Positions 1 through 9,346 of a DNA stretch of 32,000 bases are shown here, piece after piece. Source of the stretch: Thermodesulfobacteriota bacterium. Its GTDB lineage: Bacteria > Desulfobacterota > WTBG01 > JAGOGO01. The position numbers were made by a program, and so were the translations under genes. The notes below the pieces were generated by a model. The model saw nothing but the letters and a program-made list of their open reading frames with translations, made no database searches and had not been told where the DNA came from. The DNA is taken from positions 2,802,651 to 2,834,650 of the forward strand of contig CP113000.1 in NCBI GenBank assembly GCA_026625185.1. The letters run 5' to 3'. How positions within the stretch are numbered: position 1 is the first letter of the stretch; each line of letters opens with the position of its first letter.

Positions 1-1
1 C

Positions 2-541
2 GGAGGAGTAAAGGCAGCTAAAAAACTTTTTCCTAACCTGGGGGTAGTCCAAATCGATGCCCATGCTGACCTTAGGGACTCGTACCAGAACAATCCCTTT
101 AGTCATGCGTGTGCGATGCGCAGGGTTTTAGATTATGCCCCATTGTTTCAAATTGGCATTCGCAGCCTTTCCAAAGAAGAATTTACCCTAATTCAAGAAA
201 AAAAAATTACTACCTTGTTTGGCCATGAACTTTCCGCTCGAAACCTGGACTTATTTTTTGCCAAACTCCCAGAAGACATTTACCTAACCATTGATTTGGA
301 TGGCTTTGACCCGGCTGTGGTTCCTGGAGTTGGTAATCCTGAACCCGGAGGCTTAAACTGGGAAATGACCGATCATATCCTCGAACAAATAAGTTCCCGA
401 TCAAAAATCCGGGCCTTTGATATCGTTGAATTACGTCCTTTAGCTGATGAGGCAAGGTCGGAGATTACGGCTGCACGACTCCTCTATAGAATTTTAGGTT
501 ATTGTGCCCGAGATCAAGTTTTGCCGAATTTTGCGCTGTAA
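2..541 (+). CDS. speB: Agmatinase/ureohydrolase (arginase-fold) family protein, 5' end cut by the window edge
   Basis: The frame is open from base 2 and reads GGVKAAKKLFPNLGVVQIDAHADLRDSY, which contains the DAHxD Mn-binding motif. Downstream are LTIDLDGFDPAVVPGVGNPEPGGL and FDIVEL, typical of agmatinases. Stop codon is TAA at 539-541. Confidence 0.85.
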   Translation, partial: GGVKAAKKLFPNLGVVQIDAHADLRDSYQNNPFSHACAMRRVLDYAPLFQIGIRSLSKEEFTLIQEKKITTLFGHELSARNLDLFFAKLPEDIYLTIDLDGFDPAVVPGVGNPEPGGLNWEMTDHILEQISSRSKIRAFDIVELRPLADEARSEITAARLLYRILGYCARDQVLPNFAL

Positions 542-667
542 CGTTATCCAATTCTTTTCGTAAATAAAAACGAAGTAACGGAGCAGTGCTTTTTACCACT
601 GTTAGCCGCATTCCATCACTCCAGTTTCCTATAATGCCGCCTTTGGCAAAAATGAAATATAAAACGG

Positions 668-895
668 GTGATTAAGAAATATTTTAAATTGGTTATTGGC
701 TATATTTTTATTGTATTAGGGATACTGGGACTTTTTCTCCCTTTTCTCCAAGGCATACTTTTTCTTGCCATTGGGGCAATGATCCTTTCCAAAGAAAGTC
801 CAACATTTCATAAGCTAAAAGAAAAAATAAAAGCTAAATATCCAAAGCTCTATCATTCACTAAGATCACGCATAAAAAAAACGGATAAACAGTGA
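668..895 (+). CDS. Small inner-membrane protein, YbaN/DUF454-like
   Basis: 75 aa with two hydrophobic helices. GLFLPFLQGILFLAIGAMILSKESPTFHK resembles the YbaN LPxLPTTPFxLLAAxxFxRSSPRFHxWL region. GTG start. Confidence 0.55.
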   Translation: MIKKYFKLVIGYIFIVLGILGLFLPFLQGILFLAIGAMILSKESPTFHKLKEKIKAKYPKLYHSLRSRIKKTDKQ

Positions 896-953
896 AAAAC
901 CGCATAATGGGTTAGGGGGAAATTTCAAGTGCTGGCCCTTTTGGTCGGTAGTC

Positions 954-2189
954 TCACGGCACCCCCTTGGACTTTAGAGCGGAAATGGCCAAGTCGGTCA
1001 TTTCCATAGCTTTTGGTGAACCTTCATAAATGGCCCTAATGGCCTCCTTAAAGAGTGATTCGAGAGCAGAATCACATTTGCCCCAACCCCTTACGACCTC
1101 CAGATATCCCCCTTCGGTGTAATGCTCTAGGAAAATTTTCGCCCGTTCCGCCCGAGAAAGGGACTGGAACTTGTCGATAATGTCCAGGATTCCTCCTTTT
1201 ATCCTGGAAAGAGGGCCTTTCACAGTGAAAAGAGGATTGGTCATCTGAAGGGTTTCTATGGTGCAATCGAATTCCAACCCTTCAAAAAGCAACTTTATCT
1301 CCTCCAGCAATTGGTCCTCCGAACAACTCTGAAATTCCCCTTGCCGCCACATCTCATAAAGGGGAGCTCCCTCCACCACCGCAAGGCTTCTCACTCTCAC
1401 CTCATCCGGTTGAATTTTGTTCAGGACGGTCACCGTATCTTCCATGTGTTTCCTGGACAGCTCACTTTTTGCACCTGCAAGACCCGGCATCACAAAAGCA
1501 GCCATGCGAATCCCTGCCTCTTTAAGCTTGAGTCCTCCACGCACATGCTCTTCAGCCGTAACCCCTTTATTCATGAACTTCAGCACCTCGTCACAACCCG
1601 ACTCGATGCCCACATAACACCACGACAGCCCTGCTTTGCGCAAGTCTTCCAGTTCCTGCGAAGACCTGCGCCCGGAGGTTACGGATCGGGCATAGGTTGA
1701 GATCGTCTGAATGTCGGGAAAAATATCTTTGAGATAAAGCAGAACCTCGGTGAGTGAACCCGCCTTTAAACCCAGGGCATTGGCGTCCTGCAAAAATACC
1801 TTTTTCCCGCCATAACGAAACCAGTTCGCCACATTTTGCAGGCTCCTAAAGGCGGCCCATTGAGGAGCAACGCCGCTACCCTCGTTGCCTTCAAGGACGA
1901 GACAGTCCCTCACAATCTGTCTGAGATTCTCCCGGGAGGTGCAGTTATGAAGACCCATTTTCCCGGAGTTCATCTCGATAAGGTCCCGCAATCGCCGCAC
2001 CACATCAATATCCCGCTTGATATCACCGACGTCACGGGCGCTGTACATTTTTCCCTTGTAAACATTGCAGAAGGAACACCGGTTCCAGGGACAGTTTCTG
2101 TTGACCCTCAGGATGAGAGACTCTCCCTCTCCGATCGGACCCATGGGTCCTTCTTCCATGATTAAATCTTCCGCTTTAAATTTTTCCAT
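954..2189 (-). CDS. Radical SAM domain protein with a non-canonical CX4CX2C cluster motif
   Basis: 411-aa ORF. N-terminal NRNCPWNRCSFCNVY, followed by GIESG and a TIM-barrel-like core typical of radical SAM enzymes. Confidence 0.75.
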   Translation of the reverse strand: MEKFKAEDLIMEEGPMGPIGEGESLILRVNRNCPWNRCSFCNVYKGKMYSARDVGDIKRDIDVVRRLRDLIEMNSGKMGLHNCTSRENLRQIVRDCLVLEGNEGSGVAPQWAAFRSLQNVANWFRYGGKKVFLQDANALGLKAGSLTEVLLYLKDIFPDIQTISTYARSVTSGRRSSQELEDLRKAGLSWCYVGIESGCDEVLKFMNKGVTAEEHVRGGLKLKEAGIRMAAFVMPGLAGAKSELSRKHMEDTVTVLNKIQPDEVRVRSLAVVEGAPLYEMWRQGEFQSCSEDQLLEEIKLLFEGLEFDCTIETLQMTNPLFTVKGPLSRIKGGILDIIDKFQSLSRAERAKIFLEHYTEGGYLEVVRGWGKCDSALESLFKEAIRAIYEGSPKAMEMTDLAISALKSKGVP

Positions 2190-2292
2190 GATATCTTATC
2201 AACAAGGAAGTCAAGAGCAGCAAAGGCTTCGATTTCAAGTTTGGAACAAATTTTCAAACACGCCGGGCCTGCCTGTTGCCTTAACTTGAAGG

Positions 2293-2625
2293 TTATAAGC
2301 TTCTTAGGCCCATTCTTCTTTTTACATATTCTGCAGTGGCCGCCTGAAGCATCTCCTTCCATGAGCTAAAGTCGGAAACACTTGATATATATTTATCCCA
2401 GTCGGCATCAGGAATTGCTTTGAAATCTTCTTCGCTATTAATCGTAAACCCACTTTTATCAAATAGCTCTTGAGGATCTTTAAATTTTGAATGTTTCGCC
2501 AAAAATGACCGAGTGAGCAATTCAGAAATTGGAACTTGGTGCTTTTCCTCAAGTTTTTTTGCGCTGTCAGAAATTTTTTCTAATTTTTTCTGTAATTTAT
2601 TAAACCCTTTGATTTTTACACTCAT
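2293..2625 (-). CDS. Hypothetical small helical protein, downstream partner of the cyclase-like gene
   Basis: 110-aa ORF with SD AAGGAGGA upstream. Charged helical sequence with no TM segment and no motif I can name. Same strand as the upstream gene, 118 nt away. Confidence 0.55.
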   Translation of the reverse strand: MSVKIKGFNKLQKKLEKISDSAKKLEEKHQVPISELLTRSFLAKHSKFKDPQELFDKSGFTINSEEDFKAIPDADWDKYISSVSDFSSWKEMLQAATAEYVKRRMGLRSL

Positions 2626-2743
2626 ATATCCTCCTTACATTGCTCTTAAAGTATTTCCCAGCCCCGAAGGAACCGAGTCGGCTGAAAAAAAATGTTAGCG
2701 GTTGTTTTATGTCCTTTGAAATTACTGGTGTAAATTGCTCCGT

Positions 2744-3559
2744 TCAAAAATCGTCACCGTGTTTAAAGGGCGGTTCCTTTGCCCCAATGTAGAACGAACG
2801 CAATTCAACTGGCAAATTGCTTTGGTCCTTTACAAATAGCCTACCTTTTTGAACAAACGTTTCAACGTACCTCAGGGTATTGTTTACTTTTTCAGCAACC
2901 TTTGGGTCATTGCTATCACTGAAGAGTGAACGGGTGCCTTTCTCGACTATCAAATTCCAGCGCCAATTTAGAGTTTTGAGTTTTTTTGTCGTTCCGTCTT
3001 TAAGTGGGACTGCATACTCGAATATAAGGTCGTTTAGAATCGGGTATTCATCTTTGTCGATGACTTCGAAGACCGTAGGAAATCTTTCAACAACTGAAGG
3101 ATCTATAGCCACTCCTATCCAGTTCTGACAACCTTCAAGTTCGTATGCCTTTGCTAAGGCTTTTCCAACAAAGACATTGAGGTTTGGATTCTGATACATC
3201 TCTCCAAAGGCTATGCCTCCACGGAGGGGGGTACCCGAAGCCATGAAATGTTGTGAAAGTCGCCATGCATATACAAGGAGTTTCATACAACTCATAATAT
3301 CCTTGTCGTGAGATACTAAGATGATAGAGTCCGAAAAAACGTGTTTTGAACACCAAGGGAGTTTGGGTGGGTGTTCTCTAAACAATGTAGGAGTCTGCCC
3401 ATTTGGATCGAATGGACGGTTCATGAAATGCGATTCGAGTATTTTTCTTTCGTAATAGTGAGCAAGTTCAAGAAGGGGCGTGTTGAATAGCTTCGCTTTA
3501 AACCCCAAAATATCGAGGAAAGCAACAGTTCTTAAAGGAATGTCTGCCGACTCAGACAT
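2744..3559 (-). CDS. Hypothetical protein with an N-terminal palm-domain (class III cyclase / GGDEF / mCpol-like) signature
   Basis: 271 aa. VAFLDILGFKAKL resembles the FxDIxGF(T/K) beta1 metal-Asp motif. HVFSDSIILV is a candidate second acidic motif. TPLRGGIAFGEMY resembles cyclase RxGIHxG. The C-terminal ~100 aa are unassigned. Confidence 0.6.
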   Translation of the reverse strand: MSESADIPLRTVAFLDILGFKAKLFNTPLLELAHYYERKILESHFMNRPFDPNGQTPTLFREHPPKLPWCSKHVFSDSIILVSHDKDIMSCMKLLVYAWRLSQHFMASGTPLRGGIAFGEMYQNPNLNVFVGKALAKAYELEGCQNWIGVAIDPSVVERFPTVFEVIDKDEYPILNDLIFEYAVPLKDGTTKKLKTLNWRWNLIVEKGTRSLFSDSNDPKVAEKVNNTLRYVETFVQKGRLFVKDQSNLPVELRSFYIGAKEPPFKHGDDF

Positions 3560-3792
3560 GTCTCAGTTTCTCTCACTTCTCTGCAAACCATGTTTATATT
3601 GATCCGTATAAAACCCTAGAAAGCCAACTTTGTCAATATAAGAAACCTAAAAAATACTTTAAAAAATCGCTGTAACATTTTGTTATTATAGTTTATTAAA
3701 AATACACTTCATTTATTCAGGGGTTTTATGCGGATCGGTATAAAACCCCACAAATCCTCCTCGATCCTCCTTAAGAAAAACTGTATTAAAAT

Positions 3793-3900
3793 GTCATTCT
3801 GAGTTTTGCTGGACGCGAAGCAAAGAACCTATTTTTCCTAAGCTTTCGCGGAGTCTGTCCTGAACAAGATTCTTCAGTCGCTATCCTCCTTCAGAATGAC
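3793..3900. repeat. About 108-bp imperfect palindromic element (GTCATTCTGA ... TCAGAATGAC)
   Basis: Perfect 10-bp terminal inverted repeats at 3793-3802 and 3891-3900. Internal arms are partly complementary (GCGAAGCAAAGAACC versus AAGATTCTTCAGTCGC). It resembles the widespread gtcattctgag...ctcagaatgac intergenic palindromes. Confidence 0.5.
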
Positions 3901-4229
3901 AAGGCGACGGATTCATACCAAGTTGCATTCAAAAGTAGATCGAGGCGGCGACGAGGAATCGACGAAGGCGTACATTTTAGTATGTCGAGGAATATGACGA
4001 GGAGCCAACAAAGATATACAAATAAAGGCTACTTGGTATCATTTAAAAACAAAAAAAGCCTCTCACCTTTATGCTTGGTAATTCGGCCTTATTTTATTTT
4101 CATCATTCATGAAACCCCCTTCCTCGGACAAATAGATTTTACTGAAATTATTGGTTGGGGAGTTAATTAATTATATTCTTTTTTATCTTATCCAACGAAA
4201 AAGTCAAGGGAAAAGCGCCAAACCAAAAA

Positions 4230-4652
4230 TCACGAAATATCTTTTCCGGTGGTGGTCATGCTGAGCTGGCAGTGCATTACCCCTTTCATTGATTTAATCT
4301 TATCGGCCAGTTCTTTTATGGTATCTGTTTTCCCTTTAACGATAGTCGCTTCCAGACAATGGGTATGATCCAGGTGGATGTGCTGGCTTGCTAAAACCTG
4401 ATGGCTGTATTTGTGCTGGACATCCAGAAGGGAGTGAACTAACTCCCGTTTATGATGATCATAAACAAAGGTTATGACTCCGACCACGTCCTTTCCCGCA
4501 TCTAATTCAACCCACTCTTTTTCTACCAATTTATCCCGAATTAAGTCCCTGATTGCTTCGGAGCGGTTCTGGTAATTGCGCTGGGCGATATAGCGGTCGA
4601 ATTCTTTTAAAAGGTCTACCGGCATGGAAACCCCAAATCTCTGCAGGTCCAT
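4230..4652 (-). CDS. nikR: Nickel-responsive transcriptional regulator NikR
   Basis: 140 aa. N-terminal ribbon-helix-helix (RFGVSMPVDLLKEFDRYIAQRNYQNRSEAIRDLIRD) plus a C-terminal ACT-like nickel-binding domain with HHxxxxxH...HxH...C (YDHHKRELVHSLLDVQHKY, HIHLDHTHCLE). Confidence 0.9.
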   Translation of the reverse strand: MDLQRFGVSMPVDLLKEFDRYIAQRNYQNRSEAIRDLIRDKLVEKEWVELDAGKDVVGVITFVYDHHKRELVHSLLDVQHKYSHQVLASQHIHLDHTHCLEATIVKGKTDTIKELADKIKSMKGVMHCQLSMTTTGKDIS

Positions 4653-4665
4653 AAAACCCTCCTTC

Positions 4666-5364
4666 TTACATCAGGTGATTAAACTTCTTAATTACTTCCA
4701 GGCTTTTCCCACCGCAGTTTAACAACAAGTCAAGAACTGAAAGGTTGTAAATAAACTCTCCCCATAACTGGGGATAGACCGGGGGGATAAATTTGAAGAA
4801 TTTGATGGTAATCCCTTGTTGTTCAAAAAGATTATCATCCACATATTTTTTACTCACCAGAGGCGCAAGATAGACATCCGCTCCGGTTTCCCTGGTTATT
4901 TTGGCCAGAAGCTCAGAACCCTGGGATTGAATGTGCAAGGACGATTGAAGGATAATTTTTTTGCCGATACCTAAGCTGCCGGCTAAATAATCAATCGCGG
5001 CAACATTGAGGTCAATCAATTTACTCCAGTGCGTCTGCAATAAGTCTTCGAAAAACGAGCGATGTTCAGCAAAATAGGGAGCGTGGGTATAATTTTGTGA
5101 TATACCTTGAAAAAACCTCCGGGGCCAATTCCCCTCATCAAGGACTTCCACATCACGGATTTTTTGTAATCCCCTGCCCTTCTTTTTTACCGGCACGGTT
5201 AGCCAGAATTCTCCCTGGTCACATTTTAACCGGTTTCGGTTAACCCAGGTAAACCCCCGGGCAAACTGGACATCATCCAGCAATACCAGCAGATCAGCTA
5301 ACCAGGCTTTGTAAAAAAAACCTATCCAGGGCAAAAAATTAGGCTGATGGCAGGCTACAATCAC
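4666..5364 (-). CDS. WbqC family protein
   Basis: 232 aa. The N-terminus IVACHQPNFLPWIGFFYK is the WbqC-family signature. GTG start. Confidence 0.8.
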   Translation of the reverse strand: MIVACHQPNFLPWIGFFYKAWLADLLVLLDDVQFARGFTWVNRNRLKCDQGEFWLTVPVKKKGRGLQKIRDVEVLDEGNWPRRFFQGISQNYTHAPYFAEHRSFFEDLLQTHWSKLIDLNVAAIDYLAGSLGIGKKIILQSSLHIQSQGSELLAKITRETGADVYLAPLVSKKYVDDNLFEQQGITIKFFKFIPPVYPQLWGEFIYNLSVLDLLLNCGGKSLEVIKKFNHLM

Positions 5365-5585
5365 TTATCCTTTTTACCCCTCCATTTTTCCATGGGGTTT
5401 GGTTTTGGTTGAAACTTAGATTCCATCAAACGTTTCTGTTGAAAGCGCTCCCTCCTCTTTTGTTCACCATATTTCCCGTATCGTCCACCCTTTTTCATCA
5501 TCGTCATAGATTCGCTAAATTTTCTTAAATTTGTTATAAAATACTATCATGAATAATAAGGTAATTCAAGAGTCAAAGGCACCCT

Positions 5586-6251
5586 ATGCTTGAACCAATC
5601 GTTTTAACCTGGAGCGGTGGTAAAGACAGTGCTTTGGCTCTCTATTATTTAAAATATAGCGGTCAATACCAAATCACGTCCCTTCTCACCACAATAACCC
5701 GCGATTACGACCGCATCAGCATGCACGGAGTTCGGCGAATATTGGTCGATAGCCAAGCTGAATCATTGGGTCTTCCATTAGAAGAAGTTTTTATTTCCAA
5801 AAATTCATCAAACGAAGATTATGAAAATCAAATGAAAGATAAACTAATGTTTTTTCAGGGTCAGGGAGTTTCGTCAATAGCCTTCGGCGATCTCTTTTTG
5901 GAAGACATCCGACAATATCGTGAAAAAAATTTATCTCAGGTAAATATGAATGGAATTTTTCCTTTATGGGGAAAGGACACTCATGCCCTTGCCCGTGAGT
6001 TCATCGAGCTTGGTTTCCAGGCGGTAATTACCTGCATTGATTCCCAAAAACTGGATAAAACATTTGCGGGAAGATACTTTGACCGCCGGTTCTTAGCTGA
6101 TCTTCCAGTTGACGTTGATCCGTGTGGGGAAAATGGAGAATTTCATTCATTTGTCTTTGACGGCCCGATTTTTAAAAACCCAATCTCTTTCAAAATCGGT
6201 GAAGTGGTTATAAAAGAGGAGCGCTTTTATTTTTGCGATTTGCTTCCATAG
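5586..6251 (+). CDS. PP-loop ATP pyrophosphatase, Dph6/MJ0570-related (adenine nucleotide alpha-hydrolase)
   Basis: 221 aa. The N-terminal LTWSGGKDSALAL is an SGGKDS PP-loop. AFGDLFLEDIRQYRE and CGENGEFHSFVFDGP are typical of the MJ0570/DUF71 family. TAG stop. Confidence 0.8.
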   Translation: MLEPIVLTWSGGKDSALALYYLKYSGQYQITSLLTTITRDYDRISMHGVRRILVDSQAESLGLPLEEVFISKNSSNEDYENQMKDKLMFFQGQGVSSIAFGDLFLEDIRQYREKNLSQVNMNGIFPLWGKDTHALAREFIELGFQAVITCIDSQKLDKTFAGRYFDRRFLADLPVDVDPCGENGEFHSFVFDGPIFKNPISFKIGEVVIKEERFYFCDLLP

Positions 6252-6347
6252 AAACCAGGAGACAGGACCCAGAAGACAGATTTCAGGAGATAAATAAATT
6301 TATTCTGACTCCTGACTTCTGACTTTTATCAAAAGTGTTTAATCATA

Positions 6348-7259
6348 GTGATGCGGTACTATTCATTTAGTCAATTTCTGAAAGAAAAGTTTGGAGAACG
6401 GGTTCAGAAGGTCACGCTTGATGCTGGCTTTGGGTGCCCCAATCGAGACGGCACCAAAGGTTGGGGAGGGTGTATTTATTGCGATCGTTTCGGCTCTGGA
6501 AGCGGGACACGGGAAAAGCATCCGGATATAAAGTCGCAGGCTTTGGCAGGAATGGAATCCATAAAAAAGCGATACCAGGCGCATAAGTTCATGCCGTACT
6601 TTCAGTCTTTCTCCAACACCTATGCTCCGGTGAACCAGCTCCGTTCTCTTTACGAGGAAGTAATCCATCTCCCAAACGTCGTTGGAATAGCGGTCGGAAC
6701 CCGTCCCGACTGTTTGACCAAAGAGGCGCTTGACGTGCTCGCCGGTTATGTTCCTCAGAAAATGGTCTGGCTGGAACTCGGCCTTCAGAGCGTCCATGAT
6801 GAAACCTTACGGTTGATTAACCGGGGACATACTTATCAGGAATTTTTAGAAGGCTATCACCTCGCCCGAAAATACCATCTTCTTATTTGTCTCCATGTTA
6901 TTATCGGTCTTCCGGAAGAAAATCGAGAACATGTTCTTGACACCGCCCGCGAAGTCGGCCGATTAAAACCTGACGGTATTAAAATCCATTCTCTTTATAT
7001 CAACCGAGATACTGTTTTGGGAAAAATGTATTGCGAAAAAAAATTCACGCCGATGAAACAAAAAGAATTTGTTGACCTAACCTGCGACTTCCTGGAACTT
7101 TTGCCGCCGACGGTGGTGATCCAGCGTTTAACCGGCGATCCTAATCCAAAAGAATTGGTTGCCCCGGAATGGACCTTAAGAAAAAGTGAAACCCTTCAGC
7201 TCATTCATAGGGAACTGGAAAGAAGAGATAGCCGGCAGGGAAAAAAGTACGCGATTTGA
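6348..7259 (+). CDS. TIGR01212-family radical SAM protein (YhcC-like)
   Basis: 303 aa. FGCPNRDGTKGWGGCIYCD matches the unusual TIGR01212 cluster-binding region, followed by WLELGLQS and IKIHSLY. Confidence 0.85.
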   Translation: MMRYYSFSQFLKEKFGERVQKVTLDAGFGCPNRDGTKGWGGCIYCDRFGSGSGTREKHPDIKSQALAGMESIKKRYQAHKFMPYFQSFSNTYAPVNQLRSLYEEVIHLPNVVGIAVGTRPDCLTKEALDVLAGYVPQKMVWLELGLQSVHDETLRLINRGHTYQEFLEGYHLARKYHLLICLHVIIGLPEENREHVLDTAREVGRLKPDGIKIHSLYINRDTVLGKMYCEKKFTPMKQKEFVDLTCDFLELLPPTVVIQRLTGDPNPKELVAPEWTLRKSETLQLIHRELERRDSRQGKKYAI

Positions 7260-7275
7260 TTTATCACGACACTCA

Positions 7276-7890
7276 CTATTGGTGGTTTTCATGGAGGGGA
7301 AATTTTCCTTTTAATTCACTTTCAAACGCTTCCTTGCTCTGAAAAATGATGCCTTGAAGGCCCCTTTGTTTTGCTCTTTCGATATTACCCTGATTATCAT
7401 CTACTAATAACGCTTCCTCTGGTTTTACTCCCATCTCCGCCACAACATAATCAAAGAGAGCTAAATCTCTTTTACACATGCCGATATAATAACTGTTAAA
7501 AATTCGTTCAAACAATTGGAAGAAACCATAGTTTTTAGCAAACTCATCCAGCCAGGTGGTCTGATCACTTAAAATCGCCACCCGGATACCGGCTTGTTTT
7601 ACTTTTTTTACAATGTCAAGCATCCATGGCCTTATGGTAAAACGGGAAAGTACCTCATGCGTAAGGGCATCATTAGAAGCATGTATCCCGGTCTTTTCAC
7701 GAAGCATTTGCCAATATATTTTTCCGTCTATTTTTCCGGTGACAAATCCATGATTAAACGTTAAGTCAACCGCAGTTTTCAAAAATTCCTGCGGATCAAG
7801 GCCGTGCTGCCGGGCAATAGCTAAGAGTCCTTCACGAAATCCTTCCTCTGCTAAAACACCGCCAAAATCAAAAAAAACAACCTTAATCAT
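7276..7890 (-). CDS. HAD-superfamily hydrolase
   Basis: 204 aa. Motif I FFDFGGVL (DxG variant), motif II ILSDQT, motif IV LVDDNQGNIERA. Confidence 0.8.
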   Translation of the reverse strand: MIKVVFFDFGGVLAEEGFREGLLAIARQHGLDPQEFLKTAVDLTFNHGFVTGKIDGKIYWQMLREKTGIHASNDALTHEVLSRFTIRPWMLDIVKKVKQAGIRVAILSDQTTWLDEFAKNYGFFQLFERIFNSYYIGMCKRDLALFDYVVAEMGVKPEEALLVDDNQGNIERAKQRGLQGIIFQSKEAFESELKGKFPLHENHQ

Positions 7891-9089
7891 TGATACTTAA
7901 ACTCTCCTTTTTCATAAATAATGACTTTTTTCCCTGAGAAAAGGTGGGCGGTAACCATTTTCTCCTCAGTATTAACCAGATCCCAGTGAAGGGCTGAGTC
8001 ATTCAACCCAAGGTGTTTCTTCTTTTCGTGGGTAAGTTCAGCCGGATTTCCTCGGTAGGTATCAGAATAGGAAGAGCCAACCGCAATATGACAGTTTCCC
8101 GAGGGGCCTCCAAAGTTTTCATCAAACAGAGTATTCGCCATAAACCGGTCAATTTTGGAAAACCTTCGGTCAGTCAACGAAAATTCACCCACTCTTTTTG
8201 CTCCGGTATCCATGGCGAGTTGCTTTATGGTAAATTCTTCTCCTTTTTCTGCCTTTATTTTATTCACCGAACCTTTTTTAAATTCCAGCCGTACACCTTT
8301 AACATAGTTGCCGCTGCGAAAAGACGGCTGATTAGCAAAATAGGTCCCTTCAGTTCCTCTCCAATCAGGAGAAAGGAAGAGTTCAAAGCTCGGAATATTG
8401 TGCCCTGAAATACCAATCCACCTCCTCTGTTTGCCCGGAGTAATTCGTAAATCAATATTTTTTGATTCAATGTGGTACCAGTTCACCTTCATGCTATTGA
8501 GCCATTTTTTAATGGTTTGCGCCCTGTTATAAATGGAATTCCATGCTTTAACCGGATTACTTTCATCAAGATAACAGGCCGTTGCTATCTGCCGGGTGTA
8601 TTCCTCAAACGAAAGCCGCGCCTGTTTTGCCAGTTCAAGGGTGGGCAATGTACATAGGGTCCAGCCAAAACTTCCAATTTCTTCCCTTCGTGAAAGTATA
8701 TCGCGGAAAGGTTTTCGCGCAATCAGCGCTTTTGCAATCCTTTTCGGATCAATGTCCTTAAGATGAGTAAGTGACTCGGGTGCGTAAAGGTAAATGGCAC
8801 CATTGAGACTCTCAAAGAGTTCTTTTGTTCCTGGTGCCTGGAAAACAAGCTGGTTTTGGTTTGATTTTTTATAAAAAATTTTTTCCATCGGCACTGTAGG
8901 CCCGAGCCTAAGGACCGGGTTTATTCCTAAACCTAGGAGCTTTTCCTGAAGAATTTCAGCCAGCTTAATTGCCGGCAGGTCATAGTGAACCAAGACGATA
9001 TCGTTTCTTTTATACTGTTTTGTTCTCGCAGTTTTAACTCCCCAAATAAGTACATCCGCATATTGATTCAGTTGTTTTGCAGTCAGCAT
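7887..9089 (-). CDS. Aminopeptidase, M29 (AmpS/PepS/aminopeptidase T) family
   Basis: 400 aa. MLTAKQLNQYADVLI, GEFSLTDRRFS, NTLFDENFGGPSGNCHIAVGSSY and HWDLV are typical M29 motifs. It overlaps the downstream HAD gene by 4 nt. Confidence 0.85.
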   Translation of the reverse strand: MLTAKQLNQYADVLIWGVKTARTKQYKRNDIVLVHYDLPAIKLAEILQEKLLGLGINPVLRLGPTVPMEKIFYKKSNQNQLVFQAPGTKELFESLNGAIYLYAPESLTHLKDIDPKRIAKALIARKPFRDILSRREEIGSFGWTLCTLPTLELAKQARLSFEEYTRQIATACYLDESNPVKAWNSIYNRAQTIKKWLNSMKVNWYHIESKNIDLRITPGKQRRWIGISGHNIPSFELFLSPDWRGTEGTYFANQPSFRSGNYVKGVRLEFKKGSVNKIKAEKGEEFTIKQLAMDTGAKRVGEFSLTDRRFSKIDRFMANTLFDENFGGPSGNCHIAVGSSYSDTYRGNPAELTHEKKKHLGLNDSALHWDLVNTEEKMVTAHLFSGKKVIIYEKGEFKYQ

Positions 9090-9346
9090 TGAGTAACCTC
9101 ATGGATTTTTTTAATAATTTATATTACTAGAGTATTAAGATTAGTTCAGATTTTTCATATCATAAATTTTAGAAAAAATAAAAAAATATATTGACAAATC
9201 GAAATAGAATATATTATTTTTTAGCCCCCATATGGGGAATAAATATAGATTAAGGGCCAAACAATCTAATGCGTATGATGAGCGATAGAGGTGAGAACTG
9301 TGGTGGAAAATTGTGGATGTTTAATAATCAGCAAAGGAGGTGTGAA

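Noticed and set aside
2744-3559. Calling the cyclase-like cassette a Pycsar or CBASS system
   Set aside because: The partner protein has no TM, TIR, patatin, endonuclease or other known effector signature. The cyclase-like protein is not CD-NTase-like. Only the generic palm-domain motifs can be supported.
5361-5507. 48-codon basic ORF (MTMMKKGGRYGKYGEQKRRERFQQKRLMESKFQPKPNPMEKWRGKKDK) overlapping the wbqC-like GTG start by GTGA
   Set aside because: The 4-nt overlap is suggestive of coupling. However, there is no SD, the composition is low-complexity, and no similarity is recognisable, so the evidence is insufficient.
9226-9237. Perfect 12-bp palindrome CCCCATATGGGG between a TTGACA box (9191-9196) and the OM barrel gene
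   Set aside because: It could be an operator or a 5'-UTR hairpin. It is a single short palindrome with no second copy or known consensus, so it is noted only.
9269-9346. Upstream 26-codon extension of the OM barrel ORF
   Set aside because: The extension has no signal-peptide character. ATG 9347 has a perfect AAGGAGG and starts a canonical signal peptide.
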